Assembly: GCA_963693365.1 (NCBI GenBank)
Contig: CAVNZM010000015.1
Location: 496,001-560,000 of the forward strand
DNA: 64,000 nt
Direction of reading: 5' to 3'
Source of the DNA: Amoebidium appalachense
Taxonomy: Eukaryota > Protista > Ichthyosporea
The position numbers were made by a program, and so were the translations under genes. The notes under the pieces are model-generated. The model searched no databases and was not told the DNA's origin. It worked only from the letters and a program-made list of their open reading frames with translations. Positions 18,140 to 64,000 of the stretch are shown here, piece after piece; position 1 is the stretch's first letter, and each line of letters opens with the position of its first letter.

Positions 18140-18355
18140 GCGCGCGTGTACACGCACGCACACACACATCACTCTGTAACACGAGGCTCGTTTCATTGAC
18201 GTCGTCCACCTCGGCTGAGGACCACAACACGTACGTATGCTCGAACTTTTCATTATATTTTGAACAGCTAGATAGTTAACATTTTATTTGTTCTCCAACG
18301 GCTTCACCCACACCGCCTAAGCCAGACATCTTTCTGGCTCCATTCGTCTTTCATG
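17007..18355 (-). CDS. Hypothetical small multi-exon gene
   Basis: Open candidate exons with plausible splice sites: [13 protein letters not shown] (~18355-18313), [22 protein letters not shown] (~18268-18165), [16 protein letters not shown] (~17837-17720), [14 protein letters not shown] (ctgacctgcag acceptor ~17516), [20 protein letters not shown] (~17273-17185), TPRKIANLK..* (~17058-17007). No homologue recognised and not all junction phases were resolved. Confidence 0.33.
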
Positions 18356-19165
18356 AATTCAATTGATAATTTAGTCAAGTTTCACACACACTGACATGTC
18401 CTTGATGCACATGGTCCATGGGTATCAAGCAACCTCGTGAAGCAATCTTAAAAAAGCAGGCATGTGTCTGTGTATAGTCAAGTTGCTGTTATGATTAGCC
18501 AGAAGCAGTGTGTGCAGGAGTGGTGTTCAAGTTTACAGATCAAGAAGAATCAGGATAGATCATATTTATGCACATGTACTGTGCGCATCTATGATGTGTG
18601 CTATCTTAATTAGTTACTCTTTATCTTTAAGGCAACCCGAAATCTATATCGCGTGCCATCCCAAGAACAGCGAGACGACAACCCGAACAAAATCCCCCCC
18701 CCTCTCCCTCTGCCCCAAGGAAAAAATAAAATAAAAAATAAAATATAGTTACTATAGTATGCACCAATGGTGTTTCAAACTTAAAAAAACATTGCGGCAC
18801 ACAGACATTCACCCACCCACCCACACCAATTATTCGCACAGAAAACGCTAACATACGAGCACGTAGAGTAGTCATACATCACCCCCTTACAGCTCTCTCA
18901 ACCACATAGTCAACCTAAGACATATGTACACCCGTCCCTATAGCCACATCACACACATACAGACACCTACTTTCCCCTTTCCAAAGAGGAAAGTACAGAA
19001 CGACGGGAAAACATACAAGAAGTGGAAAACATAAGCCTTCATACCGATAGCAAATTGCAACGATGGTTAGAACACCAAGAAAACTCTCTGGCACTTAACA
19101 TTTACTACCCTTGATTAACAGCAGAAGAAATCGCTTGAATGCTGCGGAAATTCCTCTGACTTAGT

Positions 19166-49524
<30,359 letters not shown>

Positions 49525-50197
49525 GCTCCTTCCGACGTCTAATCTTACTTACATATATCAGCCTATTTTCATGCAAAACGTGGCTATGATGTCAGAGTGT
49601 CCACGAACCCTTTGTTTAAGGAATATGATTCGTGGTTATGATGTTTTCGTGTAGAAGCAAGGAGGCACATCCGCCATATAGATGGCACATCTACTGGGAA
49701 AATCTGCTGGGAAATGTTCCAGTTTTATGTGGCCTCGCCCTAAGACTATGTACATACACGTACGTGATAGAACTCGAGGCTCGATCTCGCTCGATCCGCT
49801 CAAACTTTGCTGTGGTTGTCAACATAAAGACTTTTGCGCAACCTAAATAACCATATATAGTCTATCTGGTGCGCGATCCACCTATCCAAACATTGTGTAG
49901 CACATTTTTGTGAGCCACGCCCACATTCCGACAGCTGGTGTCTGCATCTAACAGGCAGATGGAGGCTTGTGACACTGGGTGCATGCGAGGTTCAAGGGTG
50001 CTACAGAAAGCACTTGGACATGTGAACATATGACACACATCTTGACACACATACATGTTTTCGTTAGGTCACCTGAACGCCCGCCATGCCCGTGTGTATA
50101 TGTAAGCTTTGGGTCTGAGACAGCAAAAACTGAAAACCCCCAGTGTAGAGTTCCTCTTGCCATACCTTAATTTGCACTGAAAGTGCCTTGTTGATAG

Positions 50198-50239
50198 CAC
50201 CGGCCCACGGCGGTGTTTCTAGATGGCCGTGCACCGGCC
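50198..50239. mobile_element. DNA transposon excision footprint (26-bp TIR remnant between 8-bp TSD caccggcc)
   Basis: caccggcc-[cacggc ggtgtttctagatggccgtg]-caccggcc; shares a 20-bp end with 58061-58080. Confidence 0.7.
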
Positions 50240-51193
50240 ACGGACTGCGCGGTCCACCGTTCCGGCCTCACTCAAGTTGGCTACGCACACGCACGTCGCT
50301 GCGCTTTGTCATAATGTACCTGTGTGCACATGTGACAACAATATCACCTGCAACTTGATCTATCAATCGCCTGGCAGTGGTAAGAGCCTTGCACCCGTAG
50401 TACTACTATCAGACAGCAGCGCAAATGTCACAACCAAGGTTTCACAAATTCCTGCAGTATCACGTGCAGATGATTTTAAGAGGTGCAGTACGCACATAAT
50501 ATTATCCAGAACATTTACTGTAAGCCTTGTTGTTAGTTTTAACTCTTTATTCCTAATAATTCATTCAAAACACACAACTTGTACAAGCATGATTGCTGAC
50601 AATTGCCAACGGTGTATTACTTAGCAAACACTGCATGCTCGCGGTTAGCTACAATCGTGTTGTGTTTTCCCGCTCACGTATTTTTACACAGCCCCAAAAA
50701 CGCTTACTTTGACAGCGACATGTGTGGCACTCAAGTAGCATAAGTGCGACGCGTAGCACTTTATCACCATCCACTGAACCTTTTGGGGGTATATAAGCCG
50801 TCAGTGACACACACACTCTCCTCGCACCAGATCTTCGCTCCACTCACGGTGCTCGTGTTGACCATTCACCTTCCGTGTGGCCTACCGGCGAGCTGGTAGA
50901 GCTCTAGGCTCCCGAGGGACTTCGTCTTTCTGGTCTTTCTGTTAACAAAAGACATCGTGTTGACGTTGTCAAAGTTTACCCTGGCGTGTACTTAGAAAAA
51001 TATTTGCTATTTACTAGCGCTGTCCTCTCGAGCTCCCTCCTTTCCCTTTCTCTTTTGGCACACAGTTCAACGGCTATGCATGGCGAAGTAAACACCACAC
51101 CAACACACACACTTTTAGTTGCCGTTTAAACCATTGGTTTACCCGCCACATGCACACCCCCATGGGTAGAACATAATCTACCGTGTGCACTGC

Positions 51194-51680
51194 ATGATGT
51201 CATCACAGTACAACAAACAACGCCCCGTCCCAAAACCACGGCCACACGCCATCGCCGAATACACACCCGCCCGCCCACACACACACCCACGTGCTGATTT
51301 CGACAAGTGCAGCAACACCCCCTCCTCCGAGCAACACACACACACGTACGACACATACTGCAACGGGTGTAATAATAAGGACGGAGAAGGAACGTACACA
51401 CGTTACATACAGGCGCCACCGACGTACACGGACGCTGAGGGGAGGGTTTGGGAGAAGCGTTACGTGCACCCGCAGAACTTTTTACCGCGGGATTATTTGG
51501 ATGAGAGAGAGATGTCGTCTCGTCAGTCGATGAAGGATAGAGAGGACTTTTGGATGTGGGGCCCCAAGGCTGCTGCACCGCACATCAAGTTTGGCGCTTT
51601 TGGGGAGTATGCAAACGACTTTGACGAAGGTGTGTGTTCATGCCCAATTTTTCCTCTTCATCCCCCGTCCCTCCCCCCCC

Positions 51681-51745
<65 letters not shown>

Positions 51746-52907
51746 ACACACATGCGCTCACGCACGCACACACACAGCACGGCATACACCTCAAGTCTCA
51801 ATGCACACATATGCATGTACATACATGCGGAAAAGCCTTACACAAATAGGGTGTGAAAATAGCCATGTAGAAATATGAAACAAAACATGGCCCACATACT
51901 CAACCGAGCTTCGCAAAGAGATACTTTCCCTTGCTTTCCACCTTTTCAACCCACCTACAAACTGAAATCTACATATTAATGCTCACTGCGCGCCTCCAAA
52001 GTATTTTGAAATCCTTTTTTTTTTTTTTAATAGGTCACTGAAACACATTGCAAAGCCATGCATGGGAGTGCGAGATCTGGATGGCTGGAGGGTAGCTGAA
52101 AGAGAAGTTGGGTGGGAAACATAGCTTCATAAATAACAATTGCTCTGGGTTATGTATAACCAATGCTCCATTCTCCCAGAACCTCAGAAAGGCGACACGC
52201 TCTCCCAGGCCCCTCCCACCGCCACAAACCACTCCGAGAACAGAGCTCCCACCCAACCACCTGCCGCATCTCAGACCGTCTCCGTGGCAACGACCAATGA
52301 AAACCGTCCAGTGAACGCAAATTCCCACACAACACGTGACAACAACCAACACGTGCGTACTCCTGCCAACCAGACCCACCACCAGCGAGAAATCGACATT
52401 GACCCTCCCTCGGAAGACGAAACGGATTCCCGCCGGCGCTACGCGGAACGTTCCAGAAACACCATGCCTGAACCGCGTGACCAGGCGCGTGACCAGGCGC
52501 GGGAGCAGGCACGGGAACAGGCGCGTGAGCAGGCACGTGATCAGACACGTGATCAGACACGTGAACAAGCACGTGACGACCAACCACGTGAAGATGTCGG
52601 AGATAACGAAGGGTACCAGTTCTCGCTGTTGCAGGAGGAGTCGACGGCCGACGAGCATTACAAGTCGACTTTAAGGATCGTTAAAGGAACATACTGGAAC
52701 ATTCGAGAGAAGACTGAGAGGACCGCGGAGAGGCTCGAAGAGCTAAAAATGGAGTATGCACGTGCGGTGCGAGAAGTGGAGAGGCTGGGAGATTTGGTCG
52801 AACGGACAAAAAAGGAAAAAGTGTCGAACGAAGCGATGCTATTGGCTGCAGAGGTGGCTTTGGATGCGTTTGTGAAGGGGTTCTGCCAGGCTGATCTCGC
52901 TAAGTGA
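51194..52907 (+). CDS. Orphan protein with R(D/E)Q(A/T) tetrapeptide repeats and C-terminal coiled coil
   Basis: Exon 51194-51629 (donor G|gtgtgt) joins in phase to the ttctcccag|AA acceptor at 52180 and runs to TGA at 52907. An alternative acceptor at 52034 gives an immediate stop (GH*). Confidence 0.55.
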
Positions 52908-53361
52908 TCGTTTTAAAAAAAAAGGGTTTATAGTTTCAAGGGCGGTTTTGTGGACACGGTGGTATGATCTAATATGATTTTCATGTGATTTAGAGTCTCC
53001 TTCTGTTGGGTTGTTGAAAAGGACGGTTTCCGCTTGGCGGTTGTACATATCCCCAAGGGGGGAGGGAAGGAGCTGGGAGGGAGAAGAGGGGAGGGTGGGG
53101 GGGAAGGGAAGGGGGTGGGAGGAGGGGGAGGGGAGGGGGAGGATTTTTTTGGATGTTCCTCAGCGGCTGTGTTGATGCACTGTGCCCACCGAGGTAACAA
53201 AAGGAGAAGCTTAAAGGGGGGGGGGGAGTATTTTCCTGTTCGTTTGTTCTTTTTTTTTTTTTGTTGTATTTTTTTGTTTTTTTGTGAGCAGATGTACAAG
53301 TATGCCGAGTATATGTGCACATCATATAATCCGGTATGGTTGTTACAGTTGCATATATATA

Positions 53362-53398
<37 letters not shown>

Positions 53399-54476
53399 TA
53401 TAGTATCGGATATTTTTTGTGTAAATTGAAGTCATTCAAAATGTTGATACTGTGTTTTTTTCAACATGTTTTCCGTTTTTTTCAACATTTTTTCAAACAC
53501 AGATAGCCTGACTCTCTTGATGTGTTTAGGGTTTGATTTTAGTTCCGTGTGTTGTGTGTGGAAGGGGGTCTAAAGCTTATTTATTGGGCCTTGTGCTATC
53601 TGCCCTTGAAGAGTCTCGATACATAGCCACGGGGGTGAAGGGGGGGGGGAGGGGGGGGGGGGGGGGGGGGGGCACTTTTTGGAATGCATGCGGTGGGAGA
53701 GGGGGGGGGGGGGGGGGGGGGGGGGGGGAGGGGGGGGCATGGTAAAATCTGCTGCCAAAAACTGTGATCCGAACGTGCATTCACCCTGGATGCATTCACC
53801 CTGGATACATACGAGTAAAACAGTACTTTCCAAAAATAAACACTATCTGTGGCATACATTTAAAGTTGTGCACTTCTCTCTCAAGTCAAAGCCCCCCCCC
53901 CCCCCCCCCCCCCCGGGCGCCCTCTTCACACACAACACACACACACAACATATACATCTTGCACACACACACCAATACAACTCACCCACTGAAGCACACA
54001 CATACAGCACACACATACAGCACACATATACAGCACACATACACAGCACACACACCAAACACACACACAAATGCAAAACACACACCAAATAAACTACCCA
54101 CGCTGGACGGCAAAAACCGTTATGAACAACAACACACCCAAAAAAAAACTTGAAACCACAGCCAACCACATATCAGCCGTGCACCTCTTTGCTTGTACTA
54201 CGGGATTACATAGCGTGCAGAATTCTTTTTTTGTTGCTAAGGGCTGGCGGTGTTCTTTGCTTTCTAAATTTCACCCCCCCCCCCCCCCCCCCCAATTCCC
54301 CGCCCTTTTCTCCCCTTCCCCTCCCCCTCCCCCTCCTCCCCCCCCCCCCTTTTCTCCTCCCCCCCCCCCCCCCCCCCCCTTCCCCCCTCCCCCCCGGTCC
54401 CGGTCTAGCATAGCCCTCGATTTTCCCTTTCCTCTCACCACCACCATCCGACTTTCATCCCCCTCCCCCTCCCCCC

Positions 54477-54507
<31 letters not shown>

Positions 54508-54677
54508 AAAAAAAAAAAAAAAACCCTTTCTTCCCTGCCCCGCCATCCTTCAACAACCCCAACAATCACTCATGTCAGACATGCACACCACACGCCCGCG
54601 CGGGCGCTACGCAAACATGTGCCTACTGCCCCACTGACAGGTGGGTCGTGGGGAGGGAGGGGGGGGAGGGGGGGGGA

Positions 54678-54712
<35 letters not shown>

Positions 54713-54974
54713 AGGGGGGGGGGGGGGAGGGGGAGGGGGAGGGGCACTAGGCGACCTCAAAAATGCTTTCTTATAATTCAGTGGCAGTGTCGGAATCAAG
54801 AGTTGTGTAAAGACCACAAACGGTGGCCAACTCCCACTCATCGTGTGTGTTCGTTTGCGTTATGTGTGAGCATGAAACACTGTACATGGACAGACACACC
54901 TATGTAATCTTTCAAGTTGTCCGTTACCATACACAAAGCAACACACACACACACACACATGCACACGCACCGCG

Positions 54975-55008
<34 letters not shown>

Positions 55009-55103
55009 GCACGATGTGAAGCTTACCCTTCGCACGAGCGATCCGTGCTGTGAGGAGCTTGCGGAAATCAATACCTCGTGCAGTAAAAGGAATACCCAAA
55101 TAG

Positions 55104-55685
55104 TCATAGGTGCTCTGAACAGGAAATAGGAAGGCCGGCCAATCGAAAGGAAACGTTTTTCGAAAAAGTAGCACACTTTGCAATTCCGACTGTCATGGGA
55201 TTCTCGGTGCACCATTGATCCACCTGACGAAGCATCTGGTGCATGACATCTTCGGTTAAGGAACAAAGAACAATATCGTCCGCAAAAAGGAGACCCGGTA
55301 CACGGCGGGTATGCAGTTGGCCAAAGGGTTCGAGGGCGCAGGCTAAATCGTCAATGAAAACATCAAACAACAACGGACTCAGGAGGGACCCCTGCAGAAG
55401 ACCCCGAGAACGGGAAAAACCGGGTGTTAATGTTCCATTGACCGCCGCTCGTCCGCGAGTGGTATCGAACAACGCTTGCAGAAGACGGCCAAAGGGGCCT
55501 GGTAAGCCCCGCATAGCCAGCTTATGCCATAACAAACCAGTGGGTACGGTGTCGTAGGCGTTCTTAAGGTCGATGAAGACAACGTGTGGAGAGCCAGAAG
55601 TAATGGATTCATGGAGTAACAGACTGTGAGAAAATTGTGCATGGGTGATGCCAAATTCCCGCCTATTCCTAAATACTCCAATCAA
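55104..55685 (-). mobile_element. Truncated non-LTR retrotransposon (LINE) reverse transcriptase fragment
   Basis: RT motifs FIDLKNAYDTVP, GLLQGSLLSPLLFDVFIDDL, LLFADDIVL, and KC. Truncated or frameshifted at both ends. Confidence 0.92.
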
Positions 55686-56856
55686 TGCCCCTCAGACCTC
55701 AGACCGAGTCAAAAGGATCTTCACCAAGGCCTCCTAAATACAACTTGATCTTCACCCATGGAACGGGCGCCTGACGTCACAAGTGTTTGCGCAAACTCGT
55801 GTCATGGCCCGTTTATCTAGGAGGCTTTGATTCAAACCGTGACCAACATAAATTATTTCAGATATAGCCGGATATAGGTAGCGATAACAAGAACCAATCA
55901 AATCTGTTGCCGCCATCGACTTAACAACCAATCATATCATTTAGCTAATCAGCTGCCAACACCCCCTGAGACTGAGACTCTCAGGGTTAGACAATACCCG
56001 GAAAATACCCTACAAAATACCCCACCCCGAAAACAAAATAACCCACTTGCTGAGGGACGGGGTACTCTACCTTGGCCGACTAGGGTACTATGGGGTACAC
56101 ATGGGTTATAGGGTATACATACAAGGTTGTTGTGTCTATATATGTCTGCCTGGCTGCCTCTGTGCAGTAGTTACCTACATGATAAAGCACTGTTTCTGGG
56201 GGTCTATTCAATCCCGGAATTGGGGCCACCGAGTGACATTGTTTATCTCTGAGTTGAAATATCTCGTTCTATTCGTATACCTATTTGGATTTCGGTCAGC
56301 GGCTCAGCCTCGGGCGCTTGGCGGACCCGGCCGGATCGGATGGGGGGGGGGGGGGGGGGGGGGGGTTGTTAAGATTGGGAAGGCTATCATCAGTATGCCA
56401 CAATGCGCAAGGGAGGGGTTGAAAGGTGCTTAGCTATATGTAAGTCTCTTTGACTCTCAGTGCCATTCGCAGGTATTGAGGGAAGGGAGCGAGGGATTGG
56501 AGGAAGGGTGCGTGGGGAGTTGGGGTGGGGGGGGGGGGGGGAGGGGGGGAGGGGGGTTGAACAGAGGGTCAGAGAAGGAAGATACATACTGTGTGTGTGT
56601 GTGTGGGAGAGGAGGGGGAGGAGGGAGACAAAGGACGTTTGGAAAGTTGGCTGGGTGCCTGGGGCCGGAGCTGGCCGGGGGGTCCGTAGGGGGGAGGGGG
56701 GCCCTGAGAGGAGAGAGGGGGGGGGGGGGGGGGGGGGGGGAGGGGGGAGACGAGAAAGAATGTGAAGCCAAGTTGCATGTAGGCGGAGGAAACAGGCAAA
56801 GAGAGAGCTATAAGGGTAGTGAGGGAGGGGGTGGGGGTGGGGGGGAGAGGGGGGGA

Positions 56857-57105
56857 CTTCGGAGAGAAAGGACCGGGAGTCTCAGAGCACCGTGAGAGAG
56901 GAGAGGGAGAGAGAGAGAGAAAGAGACTCTCGGGGAGAAAGGGAGAGGGAGGGGGGGGCGGAGGTTGGGGGGAGAAGGAGAGAGAAGAGAGAGAGAGAAA
57001 GAAAGGGGGGGGGGGGGGGGGGGGGGGCTTCGGAGAGAAAGGACCGGGAGTCTCAGTGCACCGTGAGAGAGGGGGAGAGAGAGAGAGAAAGAGACTCTCC
57101 GGGAG
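56857..57105. repeat. ~170-bp direct duplication within GA-rich low-complexity DNA
   Basis: cttcggagagaaaggaccgggagtctcag.gcaccgtgagaga...aagagactctc.gggaga at ~56857 and ~57028. Confidence 0.8.
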
Positions 57106-57315
57106 AGGGAGAGAGAGAGGGGGGGGGGGGGGGGGGGGGGGGGAGAGGGAGAGAGAGACGAGAGAGAAAGAGCGAGGGAGAGAAAGCTGCCTGAGAGAGA
57201 GAGAGAGAGACTCGGGGGGAGGGGGGAGCGAGAGAGAGAGAGAGACCGAGAGAGGGAGAGAGGGAGAGATCGTGAAGAAAGAGAGACCGTTCGGAGAGCC
57301 TGCGGGGAGAGGGGG

Positions 57316-57412
<97 letters not shown>

Positions 57413-57498
57413 GAGAGAGAGAGGCACACACACACACACATACACACACACAGAGACAGAGAAGGAGAGCGAGAGAAAGAGAGACTGAAAGTGAGACC

Positions 57499-57656
<158 letters not shown>

Positions 57657-58039
57657 CGAGAGAGACTTTCAGATCTCTAGAAGCCTTGGGTGCGCGGGCG
57701 CCCCAAGAGGGGAAATGACCGTAAGAGAAATCCCCACGAGAGAATACCTAAGAAAGGACCACAAGCTAGAGACACGGAGAGAACTTAGCACACAGGAACA
57801 GGTGCGAATGTGGTCAAAGTAAAGCTTTTCAGCGGGCGGCACACTCCACACGCCTCTATTTAGTCAGCAATATGATGTCTCTATCCTGAGATGAACAGGC
57901 GATTATAACGCCTAAACGACTGGCTGTTTCAGGTTATAATGGTGCAGGTAGGCGGGTGGTTACATGCGTGGTGAAAAACAAGACTGAGTTTTCACCCGTA
58001 GTGTATCATGTGTGTTTTGGCTTGTGACCAGACAGGGGA

Positions 58040-58089
58040 CAGGGGCTGCACGGCCATCTAGGTGTTTCTAGATGGCCGTGCAGGGGCTG
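58040..58089. mobile_element. DNA transposon excision footprint (32-bp palindromic TIR remnant between 9-bp TSD caggggctg)
   Basis: caggggctg-[cacggccatctag gtgttt ctagatggccgtg]-caggggctg. Confidence 0.75.
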
Positions 58090-58415
58090 TTAGCTGCAGG
58101 ATATATTTACATATTAGCGGATAGGTACACGATTATCCCGGAAAAACCCCACCTTCCGCGAGGCCAAAATACATGACGTCAAAAGCCTTCGGAAAATACC
58201 CGACTGTGAAACCCAAATGTCGAACCCTGGACTGAGTCAGCTCTAGAGTCTGACCCTGTGAAGTTGTGATCCCTACTTTTTTTTTTTTAGTTTTACATAC
58301 ACTGTGTCAACTTTCGTGCAGGAAATTTGCAACCTACACGGGCCTTCTCAAGTGTTTAAGACATAACCACAGAAATAGATTCCTCTTTCACCTGTGCCTT
58401 TATCTCAACCCCACC

Positions 58416-63609
<5,194 letters not shown>

Positions 63610-63646
63610 GTAAGAACACAGCCCCTTTACGCACCCCCCCCCTCCC

Positions 63647-63677
<31 letters not shown>

Positions 63678-64000
63678 AAAAAAAAAAAACGCCCTCCCCC
63701 CCCCCCCCCCCCCCCCCTCCTAACCACCACCACACCACCATCACCACCACACACAAACCAACCCACCCATATGTTGTCCCTATCATAGCTCCACAGGAAA
63801 ACGAATATTGCATGGGTCTTCTTAGTATCTGGACACGACACGGAACATTCAACGCCGTGTTGACTATGATATGTACATACACAAGAACCCTCAGTTCACT
63901 TTCTGACACTCGTGTGTGCACGAATAAACAACACATCCACCATGCACCCATATACCCTGCATGCCTGCAACTCCCCCCCCCCCCCCCCCCCCCCCCCCCC

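Overview
Intron-rich eukaryotic genomic DNA read with the standard genetic code. The gene content (animal-like RAB3GAP2 and HSPA14, plant/protist-type class II PRPP synthase, bacterial-type alanine dehydrogenase, CBM5/12 chitin-binding mucin) suggests a unicellular opisthokont such as an ichthyosporean, but this is inference only. Most of the ORF track is noise from poly-C/poly-G and (CA)n/(GA)n tracts, so genes were rebuilt by hand from splice sites. They are: the 3' part of an HSPA14/Ssz1-type Hsp70 (+, to 3507); an intronless secreted CBM5/12 Ser/Thr-rich protein with a homopolymer frameshift (+, 6083-8822); a 7-exon alanine dehydrogenase (-, 11093-15509); a possible small spliced gene (-, ~17007-18355); a ~38-40-exon RAB3GAP2 (-, 19166-49524); an orphan coiled-coil gene (+, 51194-52907); a LINE RT fragment (-, ~55104-55685); and the 5' part of a class II PRPP synthase (+, from 58416). 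The most striking signal is a dispersed intronic repeat family. Its core shows compensatory (covarying) stems, a pseudoknot topology, strand-specific G:U pairs and ribozyme-like CUGANGA/GAAAC motifs. All copies I found are co-oriented with the host pre-mRNA, and most run into poly-C. Other oddities are strand-polarised C-run/(CA)n intron ends, three GC-AG introns in one gene, local duplication of exon-intron junctions, and two P-element-like excision footprints.
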